Shown here one piece after another: positions 1-9,210 of a stretch of DNA of 64,000 nucleotides (positions within the stretch are counted from its first letter, which is position 1; every line of letters starts with the position of its first letter). This DNA comes from Acidobacteriota bacterium (lineage in GTDB: Bacteria > Acidobacteriota > UBA6911 > RPQK01 > JAJDTT01), in contig CBDCJH010000002.1 of the NCBI GenBank assembly GCA_965217775.1, forward strand, positions 5,568,001-5,632,000, written 5' to 3'. The notes under the pieces are model-generated. The model did no database searches. It was not told the DNA's origin and was given only the letters and a program-made list of their open reading frames with translations. Both the position numbers and the translations under genes were made by a program.

Positions 1-273
1 GCTGGCGTGCTTGGTCTGGCGCTGGTCCATGCAGGACAGTTGACGTGGCAAGGATTCGGATCCCTGTGGGTTCTGCTTCTGGCGTTGACCTATTTTCAAC
101 TCGGGCTGCACTTGGAGCGGCGATTGTTGCCTATCGGAGTTCTGATGGGGGCCGGGTATCTGGTCACGGTCTGGGTGCCGAAATTCGGCTGGACCGCCAC
201 CGGAGTCGTGCTTGCCATCGCGCTCGTGACCGGAGCCTATCTCGGAGCACCGAAGAGTGAAACCGCCGGCTGA
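1..273 (+). CDS. Membrane protein, 3' part (5' end probably outside the window)
   Basis: Several hydrophobic helices; stop overlaps the start of the downstream wHTH regulator. Confidence 0.65.
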   Translation, partial: AGVLGLALVHAGQLTWQGFGSLWVLLLALTYFQLGLHLERRLLPIGVLMGAGYLVTVWVPKFGWTATGVVLAIALVTGAYLGAPKSETAG

Positions 274-586
274 TCCCGATCTGCCCGCACTGGATGAGCT
301 GGAAGTGCTCAGCGGGCTCCTCGAGCATCGCGTGCGGCTGGCGATTTGCGTCCTGCTCTCCAAGTATGACGCCATGTCGTTCACTCGCCTCAAGCAGGTG
401 CTCGGCGAGACGGACGGGAGTCTCGGCGCTCATCTCCGCAAGCTGGAGAATTCCGGCTATCTGGACGTGGAGAAGGCCTACCGCAACCGGAGACCGGTCA
501 CCTGGTACCGGCTCAGCACCGTCGGGCGGACCAACCTGAAACGGCACCTTGCCGTCCTGACCCAACTGATCGATCGAGCGGAATAG
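257..586 (+). CDS. Winged-helix transcriptional regulator (HTH_34, ArsR/MarR-like)
   Basis: HRVRLAICVLL..MSFTRLKQVLGETDGSLGAHLRKLENSGYL..TWYRLSTVGR. Confidence 0.85.
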   Translation: MKPPADPDLPALDELEVLSGLLEHRVRLAICVLLSKYDAMSFTRLKQVLGETDGSLGAHLRKLENSGYLDVEKAYRNRRPVTWYRLSTVGRTNLKRHLAVLTQLIDRAE

Positions 587-600
587 CCGCGGCTGACCTC

Positions 601-1119
601 TCATGCCGGGTCAGACGACCCCCTCAAAGACTCGATTCGTTTGGAGATCTCGTGTTGAGGGAGGAAGACCGTGTTGTCGCTCTGCCAGGCCCGCAGGGCC
701 TCGATCAGCAGGGATGTCGCGCAGGCTCCGGCAACGGCCAACTCGTCAATGACCCAAAGCACGCCGTGGACGTGAAGCCCTTTATCCGTAGCGACTCTGC
801 GTAGCAGAACATCGCCCGTCAGCAAGATCCCCCGGTTAGCGAGTGCGGTAACAAGACAGAAACAGTCGTTTGCGGACAGGGCGCGGTGCTGCTCCCTGAG
901 AGCGAAGGCACGCTCGACCTTGGCGGCTGTCAGGTCGTGTGTGATCAAGCCGTGGTCGTCGAGGTGCTTCCATTGCCGGTCGGAGAAGTCGAGGACTTCC
1001 GACGCGCGTACGGTCAGCGGAACCACGAGTCGGTACGGCAGGTTGGAAAGGACTTCCAGCAACCCCCCTTTGCGGAGGTCGATCAGGCACGAAGCGTCAT
1101 TGACAAGTACACGCGTCAC
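601..1119 (-). CDS. PIN-domain protein (putative toxin/RNase)
   Basis: N-terminal VLVNDASCLIDL, LSANDC and LLTGD acidic PIN motifs; GTGA overlap with the upstream HTH-ImmA gene. Confidence 0.8.
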   Translation of the reverse strand: MTRVLVNDASCLIDLRKGGLLEVLSNLPYRLVVPLTVRASEVLDFSDRQWKHLDDHGLITHDLTAAKVERAFALREQHRALSANDCFCLVTALANRGILLTGDVLLRRVATDKGLHVHGVLWVIDELAVAGACATSLLIEALRAWQSDNTVFLPQHEISKRIESLRGSSDPA

Positions 1120-2195
1120 CGAATAGCCGGACCACTGATCTGCTGCTCGACCGCATCGAGGGACTCGTTGAGGAGAGCGGCCGCACGGACCGGCGAGATC
1201 AGCTCTTCACCGACGGCGCGCCAGACAAGTCGCTTGAAACGTTGTGGCTTCTCAAACGCCGCAAATCCTTGATCGGGGCGGATAGGCGCTGGTTCCCTCT
1301 TGCGCCAGGAGCGGGCGAAGGTTCTAAACGCGCGCTCGACTGCAACAGGACGCAGGACGCCGACTTGGCCGAGGCGGACCAACATGGCCGCCGCCGAGAC
1401 GCCGTAGGTGTGCTTGAGGTCGATAATCTCGTAGGAGGTGACGCGGTGACGGCTCGCCCCGGCTTGCTCGCGAAGATGTCGGCCTGGAACAAGGAAGGCC
1501 CCTGCGAAGCGGTTCATTGCCACCTCCAACTTGATGGCGGGGTTTGCGGTGGATCGAATGATCCGGTGTGCGAGTTCGTGGGCCAGGGTGAAGCGTTTGC
1601 GCTCGACGTTCGTCCGCTTTGACACCGCAACCGCATCGGCGACGGGCCTGCCGCCTCGCATGACGCGGCACGCCAAGCCGTTGATGCGCTCGGGGAGGTC
1701 GGCTTCGACCACCTTTATCCTCTTTTCCTCCAAGAGAGCGCAGAGGCTGGGCACCGGATCCATGCCGAGGTCCCATGCCTTGCGAAGTTCATCGGCCTTG
1801 TCGTCAATCTGATCTTCGGTAGCGACGCCGTCGTAGCGGCGGTCCTCGAACGAGTCGCTCGTGGACGGTATGCCGAGAACCTCCTCGATGGTCAGATACC
1901 GCTCGAGGTTGTCGATCAGGACGGCCTCGGCTCTGGCGCGGTCGCGGGCGGGGGTGCTGGCGTGCTTACGGAACACAAGACCGTCGAGCGTCTCGACCTG
2001 AGCGCTCATGAGGAAATCCAGCGATACATCGAGCGCCCTGGCGAGGCCAACTAGAACCGCCGAAGAGGGCATCATCTTGCCCGCTTCGTACTTGCTGATG
2101 GACTGCGCCGTGATCTTCGGGTCCATCCGCTCGGCAAGTGACCGCATGGAAAGTCCAGATCGCTTACGGGCGAGCCGGAGTCGTCTTCCAAACAT
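1116..2195 (-). CDS. XRE-HTH + ImmA/IrrE (M78) Zn-metallopeptidase fusion
   Basis: N-terminal HTH_3 (RLRLARKRSGLSMRSLA..SISKYEAG); RFTLAHELAH HExxH; NRFAGAFLVP. Confidence 0.9.
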   Translation of the reverse strand: MFGRRLRLARKRSGLSMRSLAERMDPKITAQSISKYEAGKMMPSSAVLVGLARALDVSLDFLMSAQVETLDGLVFRKHASTPARDRARAEAVLIDNLERYLTIEEVLGIPSTSDSFEDRRYDGVATEDQIDDKADELRKAWDLGMDPVPSLCALLEEKRIKVVEADLPERINGLACRVMRGGRPVADAVAVSKRTNVERKRFTLAHELAHRIIRSTANPAIKLEVAMNRFAGAFLVPGRHLREQAGASRHRVTSYEIIDLKHTYGVSAAAMLVRLGQVGVLRPVAVERAFRTFARSWRKREPAPIRPDQGFAAFEKPQRFKRLVWRAVGEELISPVRAAALLNESLDAVEQQISGPAIR

Positions 2196-2223
2196 GCCGT
2201 TCGTTCCTTTGGTGCAATTTTAA

Positions 2224-2260
2224 GTTTACGAAATAAAGAAAGATACCATATTTTGTCAAC
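2224..2260 (-). promoter_or_regulatory. Putative sigma70 promoter with imperfect inverted-repeat operator for the HTH-ImmA operon
   Basis: TTGACA (minus strand 2259-2254) in an AT-rich tract; GTTTACGAAA...TTTTGTCAAC inverted repeat (8/10); -10 box is weak. Confidence 0.45.
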
Positions 2261-2507
2261 CTCAGGTTGATCGTGTTTGGATTCAAGCGAGGCCGTGGGT
2301 TGTGTGTGCTGCTCGGCGAGTGGTGGAAGGACTACCGGGATAGCTGCGAGAGTTTCTTGCTAAAGTGGTCGGACAGCCGTTCCTGCCTGATATCGCGTGA
2401 AATCGAAATGGATCATGAGCAGATAGTCCCAGGCGTCGCAGTAAACAATTTGCGCCGTCCGGTCACGCCGGGCCAATTCGTGCAATTGAAGGTTGAGGCG
2501 AGAGCCG

Positions 2508-2873
2508 TCAGTTGTGGCGAGTAACAGACATCGGCCAAAGTGACAGGAGCGCGACGATGCTCGCTGAAACGCCCAGCAATGCCGGCCAAGAAACGCTCGT
2601 CTGAGAAAGCGGAAGGATGGCCTCCAAACCAGATGTCGCATCGTTCCACCAGAAGGTCATGAGAACAGCGATAGTGCCGACCACCAGAATCTCCGACCAA
2701 GCTTGAATTGTTGCGAGCTTCGACTGTCTCCGATTGTACTCAGCGATTCTTGCCATCAGCAGGACGAGTTCCGGGTTGGGGACCTGGTCGCGCTGTGCTC
2801 TGATCTCGCTATCGAAGGTTGCTCGAAGGAGAGCCTTTAGTTCATCGTCACGCCGATTCCGAAGCTCAGTCAT
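2508..2873 (-). CDS. Putative membrane anti-sigma factor
   Basis: ATG at 2873 overlaps the sigma stop (ATGA); soluble N-terminus plus two TM helices. Confidence 0.65.
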   Translation of the reverse strand: MTELRNRRDDELKALLRATFDSEIRAQRDQVPNPELVLLMARIAEYNRRQSKLATIQAWSEILVVGTIAVLMTFWWNDATSGLEAILPLSQTSVSWPALLGVSASIVALLSLWPMSVTRHN

Positions 2874-3394
2874 GAGCTCTCCCCATAGGCAGTTTGGTTC
2901 GGCCGGGTCAGGTACTTGGAAAGCTTCTTCCTGGCACGAAACGCCAGGACCCGGACGCTCCTCCTTCTGAGGTTCATGATCCCTGCAACCTCCTTGTGGG
3001 AGAAGCCCTCTGCGTACAACAACCAAAGCATCTGCTGCTCGCGCTTTGACAGCGTGCGGAGCCCCTCGCGCAAGGCAAGAATTTCGGCAACGCTCGTGGT
3101 TGGCTCAGTTGCCACGACTTGATGTTCCGGTCCCTCCAGTCTGTTGCGCTTTTGCAAACTGCGGCCGTGATCCACGATAGCGTTTGAAGCGATACGGTAC
3201 AGGTACGCTCGCGCCTCGGGCGCGTCTGGAGTCGTCCCCATCCGGCTCGCCAAGAATTTGACATAGGTGATCTGAAACAGGTCATCGACCGAGTCCCGAT
3301 CGCTGCAATGGCGGAGAATGTAAGCGCGGATAACCGCTGCGGTGGCGTCGTAGAACCGTCCGAACGCATAGTCGTTCGAGCCGGACTGCTCCAT
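2870..3394 (-). CDS. ECF RNA polymerase sigma factor
   Basis: Region 2 (DDLFQITYVKF, AYLYRIASNAIVDHGR) and region 4 (LSKREQQMLWLLYAEGFSHKEVAGIM..RARKKL); start reassigned to ATG 3394 with GGGAG RBS. Confidence 0.9.
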   Translation of the reverse strand: MEQSGSNDYAFGRFYDATAAVIRAYILRHCSDRDSVDDLFQITYVKFLASRMGTTPDAPEARAYLYRIASNAIVDHGRSLQKRNRLEGPEHQVVATEPTTSVAEILALREGLRTLSKREQQMLWLLYAEGFSHKEVAGIMNLRRRSVRVLAFRARKKLSKYLTRPNQTAYGESS

Positions 3395-3422
3395 CACTCC
3401 CAGACTTGTGCTTCGGGACTTG

Positions 3423-3899
3423 CTAAAGGCTGTCCACGTCTGCGGAAACGCGCATGTTTCCACGGCCGTTTGCATTGGCATCGGCGCTTTCATCACTGTC
3501 ACGCTCTTCAGCGCGCCACATGACGTAGGTGGACAGGGCAAGGGCAACACCGACTGCCCCTATGATGACAGCGGGGATCAGAAAATCCTCGTCCCGCAAA
3601 AGCGCCAGGATAGCGAATCCGATACCCATAAACGTCAGAATCGAAGCCGGGACGAACAGTCCCTTCCATATCTTCGAGGGTTTCTCACTCTCCAACGTGA
3701 GCGCGCTGGCGAGCTTGGATCCCACGGGCCCTTGGATCGCCTGGGCGAAGGCTTCTCCCGTCGAGAACTTTTCGATCATCCGGCGGATTATTTCCGCCCG
3801 TTGCTCCTGCGCTCTCCTTCGAGTCACATGGCTGAACCAAAGAATAAGCACCACCATGGCGAAGACTCCAAGTGGTACCAGTGTGTTTTGCATCCACAT
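3423..3899 (-). CDS. Membrane protein (DUF6249-like), first gene of the ECF operon
   Basis: N-terminal TM, RAEIIRRMIEK helix, two C-terminal TMs; GGAGG RBS. Confidence 0.7.
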   Translation of the reverse strand: MWMQNTLVPLGVFAMVVLILWFSHVTRRRAQEQRAEIIRRMIEKFSTGEAFAQAIQGPVGSKLASALTLESEKPSKIWKGLFVPASILTFMGIGFAILALLRDEDFLIPAVIIGAVGVALALSTYVMWRAEERDSDESADANANGRGNMRVSADVDSL

Positions 3900-3982
3900 T
3901 ACTGCCTCCCTTCAGACTTACTCGTATGACGTTTGAACGTGGGCAATCGTTAACTGTAGTCGCAGTCGCAGCCCCGAATCCG
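3828..3982 (-). repeat. Copy 1 of a ~155-bp duplicated segment (ECF promoter, RBS and first codons); copy 2 at 12864..13023 (+)
   Basis: Manual alignment, roughly 80% identical; shared core ACAGTTAACGATTGCCCA.GTTC.AACGTCATA. Confidence 0.9.
3926..3954 (-). promoter_or_regulatory. Putative ECF-sigma promoter (GTTAAC-N17-CGTCAT)
   Basis: AAC...CGT ECF signature upstream of the ECF operon; conserved in the second copy at 12891-12919. Confidence 0.65.
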
Positions 3983-4109
3983 GCACGACTTGGGCACGTT
4001 GCTCGCCACGGTCAGCGAACCCGAGTTGATTCACCTCGACGAACCAGAACGAATGCGTCGGAACCCGTAGTTGGGGATTCAGGACAGGACACGTTACGAT
4101 CAGCTACCG

Positions 4110-4877
4110 ATGAGAGGCGTAACGTCACGGTTCCGAAGGTGGGTCCTTGCCTCGCTGGCTATTGTAGTCGTTCTCGCAGTTGTTCTCGTGGCGGTCGTTC
4201 TCGCTGTGTTCCGCTTCGGCGCCTTGCCTCTCGACGAAGGGACGACCATAGGCGGCGGCCGCGTCGAGGCTGTGGTGGAAGAATTGGGCCCGATAGCGAT
4301 TGGGTCGTACTTGGTCGCTCTGGTGAACGGCGGCTACGCCCTGGTAGATGCCGGGATGGATTCGGAAGCCCGCGCGATCCGATCAGTCCTGCAGCGCCGA
4401 GGCGCTACGGCCCAAGACGTGAAGTTCGTCTTTGTGACCCACGCTCACGGAGATCACATGGGCGGGATCCAGTCGTTTTCCGCCGCCGAGGTCTATGCCA
4501 TCGAGGCCGACGCGAAGGCCATTCGCCGCACGGGTTCACGTACCGTCCAAGGGCTGGCGGACGGCGATGTGGTCAAGGCTTCGGGCACGGAGGTGGAAGT
4601 TTTCGCATTACCGGGCCACACACCGGGCAGCGCTGCCTACTTGGTGTACGGCGTCCTGTTCCTTGGGGATAGCGCTGCCGCCGCGTACGACGGGTCGGTC
4701 CAAGCAAATTGGCTCTTTTCCGAGGATTCCGAGTCGAACGAGGAGTCGCTTGCTGCTTTGGCGCGCCGCTTGAAGGGCAGAGCGGGCGACGTGCAGCAGA
4801 TCGCATTCGGCCATCAGGGGCCGGTCAACGGTCTCGGGCCTCTTCTCAAGTGGGTCTCCGATCGCGGACTGCGGTAA
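4110..4877 (+). CDS. Metallo-beta-lactamase fold hydrolase with N-terminal TM anchor
   Basis: LVDAG, THAHGDH, PGHTPGS, LFLGD and FGH motifs; start uncertain (4071 or 4110). Confidence 0.85.
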   Translation: MRGVTSRFRRWVLASLAIVVVLAVVLVAVVLAVFRFGALPLDEGTTIGGGRVEAVVEELGPIAIGSYLVALVNGGYALVDAGMDSEARAIRSVLQRRGATAQDVKFVFVTHAHGDHMGGIQSFSAAEVYAIEADAKAIRRTGSRTVQGLADGDVVKASGTEVEVFALPGHTPGSAAYLVYGVLFLGDSAAAAYDGSVQANWLFSEDSESNEESLAALARRLKGRAGDVQQIAFGHQGPVNGLGPLLKWVSDRGLR

Positions 4878-4923
4878 GGAAAGCAATCGTGGCGAGTGCC
4901 CGGACGCCGCCCCGCCAGAGTTC

Positions 4924-5727
4924 TCAGCCCACTCGCTCTCCGTTCTTGAAGGTGACCATTTCCTGGTTGCCTTCCTTGTCGCGAAGGATCCAGCTGCCGT
5001 GCATCTTGCCCTCGACAAAAGAGCCCTCCTGGACTTGACCGTCAGCGAACCGGAGGATCCAGCGCCCGTGATGCTGTCCATCTACATAGGGACCTTCCTG
5101 GATGCTCCCGTCGTCCCAGCGCTCGATCCAGTGTCCGTTCCGCTTCCCATCCACATATAGGCCTTCATGAACACCCCTGCCGTCCGTCCAACGTTCGACC
5201 CACTGCCCATGCCGCTTCCCATTTGCTCGGGGGCCTTCATGGACGCTCCCGTTCTGAAAACGTTCGACCCACTGGCCGTGTTGCTGATCCTCCACAAAGG
5301 GGCCACCCGACACGTATCCAGCTGCGTCGCGAAAGACCCAGTTCCCATGGCGCAGACCCTCTGCAAAGGGGCCTTCATGGAAGTTTCCTCTCGCATCGAT
5401 TCCGCCCCAGTGACCGTGCTGTTTTCCTTGTTTGAAGTGACCGAAAGAATCCAGAATCTTATGGCCACTTCCAGAGAATTCGATTAAGGTGCCCGGTCCC
5501 TCGGCAAAGTCGCCGTCACACCCCCCGGTCCAAGTCCTGGCTTGATCCGGGATGAAGTGCGAGTTCCAGACGTAGCATCCCGGCTGGTTGGACAACTCCA
5601 TCCAGCAGGACGCATTTGGGGGCTTTCCCTGGCACCGGTCCTGTTTGGGTGGAGCGCTCTGTTCCCCACCCACCTGGAGGACGTTGAACGAGACAAGAAT
5701 TACGAGAAGCGAGAGGACTCTTGGCAT
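4924..5727 (-). CDS. Secreted MORN-like repeat protein
   Basis: Signal peptide; Cys-containing N-domain; tandem ~23-aa repeats EGPxxxGxxHGxWVER. Confidence 0.8.
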   Translation of the reverse strand: MPRVLSLLVILVSFNVLQVGGEQSAPPKQDRCQGKPPNASCWMELSNQPGCYVWNSHFIPDQARTWTGGCDGDFAEGPGTLIEFSGSGHKILDSFGHFKQGKQHGHWGGIDARGNFHEGPFAEGLRHGNWVFRDAAGYVSGGPFVEDQQHGQWVERFQNGSVHEGPRANGKRHGQWVERWTDGRGVHEGLYVDGKRNGHWIERWDDGSIQEGPYVDGQHHGRWILRFADGQVQEGSFVEGKMHGSWILRDKEGNQEMVTFKNGERVG

Positions 5728-5866
5728 GGTCTCCCCCCTGATTTCTCAGTTCGCTCGGGCGAGGTGCAGTTGCATCCAATTTTACCAGAAACCGACCCAG
5801 CAATAGCTGTGCCGGGGTAAGGGATGGGGAGGATTGCCCGATCGTCAGACCTTCTACTCGGGATGC

Positions 5867-5892
5867 GAGAAGGGGACAGTCACGTTCTCACG
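5867..5892 (+). repeat. GAGAAGGGGACAGTCACGTTCTCACG dispersed repeat
   Basis: 25/26 identical to the reverse complement of 49504..49529; related copies at 7520..7545 and 50192..50226. Confidence 0.85.
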
Positions 5893-6070
5893 CCCCTTTG
5901 AGATGGTTTTCGTTTCCCTTAAGGATCTCCTCGTGCATCTCCAACGGTATCTTGGTCTGCTGCTTAAAAGCACGTTCCACGAGCCAGTCCCAGAATTCGG
6001 GAATACGAGTGATTGGGTAGTAATCCCGGTTCGCGTCGATGAGGACATTGGCGGCGAGGAAATAGACCAA
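5888..6070 (-). pseudogene. Truncated DUF4411-like PIN protein
   Basis: YFLAANVLIDANRDYYPITRIPEFWDWL resembles the DUF4411 N-terminus; only 60 aa, stop lies inside the 5867..5892 repeat; the usual first Asp appears as Ala. Confidence 0.65.
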
Positions 6071-6080
6071 AGGTCGACTC

Positions 6081-7304
6081 CTACAACGCCCTGGCGGGGC
6101 GCAGTAGTTTGCCCACTTGCCTGGGCGTGACGCCCAAGATTTTGGCTGCCTTGGTCGTCGACAGTGCGCCTGATCTCATCATGCGCCCGGTGAACCATAG
6201 CAGCGCCTCCCCGACCCGGTGACGGCATACGACGTAGTAATTGGGACCACCTTCCGATGCGCGTGTGCTCTCGCGCCGTCGGTCGCGCTCGCGATTCAAC
6301 CAATCGGAGAAATCTGCACGGAGGCGGTTGAAGTTTTTCTGATCGATGCGGCCGGAGCGAAAGAGCCGATAGGCTACCATCGTGTGGCCCAGATTCCGCC
6401 GCCGGGCGAACTTGCCAATGCGTTTCTGTTGCTCGGCAATGTCCTGGTTCAAATCAATCTCGATCTGGTCGAGTTCCCCTGCAGGCAGTAACCACTCCGC
6501 GGCGACGTTGTTGCAGAACTCCTCGACTCCGCTTCCAGGATTAGCCCCACTAATGCCGGTCTGGCCGAGTAGCAGATGGACGAGTTCGTGTAGGAGCGAG
6601 AAAGACCAAGCTGGTGTTGAGTCCTGGTCGTTGATGACCAAGAAAGGAGCGACGTCGTCCGCTATGGCGAAACCACGGAAAACATTCACAGGAATGGCGG
6701 TATGGTAGCTGCCCAAATCTCCCTTGAGCAGGACGAACACACCGGCATCTTCGGTTCGGGACCGGAGCAGAGAGAACGCTTCGTTTGGGGTGGGCTGCGC
6801 GTAGAATTCGGCGGCGTTCAACTCGTTTCCCAGCACTTGGCGCAACGTCTCCGCAGCGCGTTGGGCCATTCGATCGGTGCCGTCACGAACGCCTTCGCTC
6901 CCTGCCAGAGCACCCACGAACGGAAGGGCATCAGTCTCGCCCTCCGCTTCCAGGACGGCTCGAATCATGCTTTGCCGGCTCCGCACATCGCGGACCAGCG
7001 CATCGATCAGGGCATCCATCTTGCGGGATCGTGCCACTGGAAGCGTGCGAAAGTCGGCGCCACGATCACCCTGTAGTGGTGGCTCAGCCAAGTAGAAAGC
7101 GAGTAGCGGTCGGCGATAGTGCCGTGCCATCCTGACGAGTACCGAACGGGTTGGCTCTTGCTCACCTCGTTCTAGAGCGGCGAGCCGGTCTACAGCCGTT
7201 ACGCCCCGAGCATCTCCAATGCCGACTTTCACGACGGCATCATGGAGGGTCATTCCTGCGGTCTCGCGCGCCCAGAGGAGGATCTCGGGATTCACTGCTG
7301 GCAT
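6081..7304 (-). CDS. XRE-HTH + ImmA/IrrE Zn-metallopeptidase fusion
   Basis: VNPEILLWARE..ADFRTL; FSLLHELVH HExxH; EEFCNNVAAEWLLP; start reassigned to ATG 7304. Confidence 0.88.
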   Translation of the reverse strand: MPAVNPEILLWARETAGMTLHDAVVKVGIGDARGVTAVDRLAALERGEQEPTRSVLVRMARHYRRPLLAFYLAEPPLQGDRGADFRTLPVARSRKMDALIDALVRDVRSRQSMIRAVLEAEGETDALPFVGALAGSEGVRDGTDRMAQRAAETLRQVLGNELNAAEFYAQPTPNEAFSLLRSRTEDAGVFVLLKGDLGSYHTAIPVNVFRGFAIADDVAPFLVINDQDSTPAWSFSLLHELVHLLLGQTGISGANPGSGVEEFCNNVAAEWLLPAGELDQIEIDLNQDIAEQQKRIGKFARRRNLGHTMVAYRLFRSGRIDQKNFNRLRADFSDWLNRERDRRRESTRASEGGPNYYVVCRHRVGEALLWFTGRMMRSGALSTTKAAKILGVTPRQVGKLLRPARAL

Positions 7305-7494
7305 CGCTTTTAGCAATAGGTTAACAGCGGACCGAAACTCAGACGAACTCAGACGCCGAGGCGACCCATTGTCGGTGTGGCCTCCGGAGGTCGACGCTAC
7401 CAGTTGGGTTTGCGGAACACTTAATCTCAGGGTTTCTACACTACGTGGCCCTGCAGAGGTTCTCACACTCCCGGTGGTGGGTCGCCGTAAATAG

Positions 7495-7545
7495 CAGCGC
7501 TGAGAGGGGGACCAGCGCTGAGAGGGGGACAGTCACGTTCGTGAC
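7495..7545 (+). repeat. 18-bp tandem duplication CAGCGCTGAGAGGGGGAC x2 running into the GGGGACAGTCACGTTC repeat
   Basis: 7495..7512 equals 7513..7530; GTCACGTTCGTGAC hairpin at 7532..7545. Confidence 0.85.
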
Positions 7546-7863
7546 CTAGCAGATTCTGTCCATGAGGAAGAAGCCACGGGACAATCCTATGGCCAACCTA
7601 CTTGTTTGGACCCGCAGACCGTGGCGAGTTAGCATCAAACCAAAGGTCCCCTCCTGATGACAAGAGTGCCATGGGTGCTCTCTCCGGTGACGGAGTAGTC
7701 AGGGGGGTCATCATTTGTATTCCCCCTTGTTCCTCTTGAGATCGTCGATTTTGGAACGTGTGGGAAGTTTGGTTTCTGCCGCGTCGAGCGAGTACCTCCG
7801 GGATCGGGGATTATCATCCCCTCATGCGCACAAGCTCGACTCACCTAACTGTCTTCAGGTCAT

Positions 7864-9201
7864 CTACCCGGCGGCCTTTTCACCGGAACCGTTCCCACCC
7901 GGATGCTGCAACTTCCGAATCGGCACCGTCAGCATGAGCAGCGCAGCAGCTAGCGGAAGCGTCCCGATCAGCCAGAAGACGAGGCTGTAGAGTTGGAGGT
8001 CGATGAAACGGCCGATCAAGCTCTGGACGATAACGGCGCCGATGGTGCCGGCACAGCCCGCCATGCCGAACAGGGTGCCCACCGAATGGGCTTCCGTCAT
8101 ATCGGTCGCCACGGTCTGGACGTTCACGGACCAGATGGCGAAGGCGCAGAAGACGACGCACATCAGCAAGATGATCATGTACGGATTGGAAACACTGTTG
8201 ACCAGGATCCCCAGCGGCACCACCAAGGTGCCTCCCAACATGCAGACCTTTCGGGTTTTCGGGATTCCCAGGTTGCGCCGGATGAGAAAGGTGGAAATCC
8301 AACCGCCGAGAAGGAGACCCAGATCGCTGGCCAGGAATGGAATCCAGAGCAGCCCGCCGATCATCTCCATGCTGAAGCCCCGTTCCCGCATCAGGTACTC
8401 GGGCATCCAGAAGAGGTAGAAGTACCAGGTGCCGTCGGCCAAGGAACGCGCTCCCAGCAGCGTCCAGACTCCGCGGAAACGCAGGAAGTCCCTGACCCTC
8501 ATCTTTTGACCGGTGTCGTCTTGGATCGCATTGGCCGATTCCTGGAGGTATTCCTGCTCCTCTTCCGTCAACCGAGGATGCTCTTCCGGTTTTCGATAGA
8601 TGAAGGTCCAGGGCAGCAACAGCAGAAATCCCAGCAATCCGGTGATCAGGAACATGGCGCGCCAACCGACATTCAGGGTGAGCCAACTGACCACCGGCGG
8701 ACCCAGTAGCGCACCGATCCCCAGCCCCAGCAGCATGATGCTGATGGGCTTGCCGCGGTCGCGGGGATGAAACCACTCCGAAATGGCCTTGACCCCGGTG
8801 GGGAAGAATCCCGCTTCGCCCAGACCCAACAGAAATCGATAGGCGCAGAGGGAGTAGAGCCCCTGAGTCAGGGTGTGGAGACAGGCGGCGATGGACCACC
8901 AGGTGACGGTCACGTAGTAGCTGACCCGTGTCCCCAGGAAGTCGGCCAATTTGCCGCCAAACCCATAGGAAAAGGTGTAAGCGACCAAAAAGACGTTTAC
9001 CACGAGCGCGTAGTCGCTGGCGCTCAGACCGAATTCGTCCCGGATCATGGGAGCCACGATGGACAGGGTGATGCGGTCCAGGTAGTTGACCACGCTGCCC
9101 ACGAACAGCATCCCCACGATCCACCAGCGGACCGGGATCCGCCGCCGAATGGGTGTGCCGGGAGTTCCGTGAGCCGCATGATTTCCGTCTCTCAGTTGCA
9201 T
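7864..9201 (-). CDS. MFS transporter (ACS/ExuT-like sugar-acid family)
   Basis: VNYLDR, GGKLADFLGTR, RFLLGLGEAGFFP, EWFHPRDRG; about 12 TMs. Confidence 0.88.
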   Translation of the reverse strand: MQLRDGNHAAHGTPGTPIRRRIPVRWWIVGMLFVGSVVNYLDRITLSIVAPMIRDEFGLSASDYALVVNVFLVAYTFSYGFGGKLADFLGTRVSYYVTVTWWSIAACLHTLTQGLYSLCAYRFLLGLGEAGFFPTGVKAISEWFHPRDRGKPISIMLLGLGIGALLGPPVVSWLTLNVGWRAMFLITGLLGFLLLLPWTFIYRKPEEHPRLTEEEQEYLQESANAIQDDTGQKMRVRDFLRFRGVWTLLGARSLADGTWYFYLFWMPEYLMRERGFSMEMIGGLLWIPFLASDLGLLLGGWISTFLIRRNLGIPKTRKVCMLGGTLVVPLGILVNSVSNPYMIILLMCVVFCAFAIWSVNVQTVATDMTEAHSVGTLFGMAGCAGTIGAVIVQSLIGRFIDLQLYSLVFWLIGTLPLAAALLMLTVPIRKLQHPGGNGSGEKAAG

Positions 9202-9210
9202 GAGATGTCC

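Noticed and set aside
2267-2524. 85-aa ORF between the ImmA gene and the ECF operon
   Set aside because: No recognisable motif; spurious or an unidentifiable remnant
5000-5420. Nucleotide repeats with ~69-bp period
   Set aside because: Explained by the MORN-like protein repeats
7495-7530. CRISPR-like or VNTR array
   Set aside because: Only two adjacent 18-bp units, no spacers and no cas genes
7546-7863. Unassigned ~300-bp stretch as sRNA or small ORF
   Set aside because: No convincing structure, RBS or homology visible
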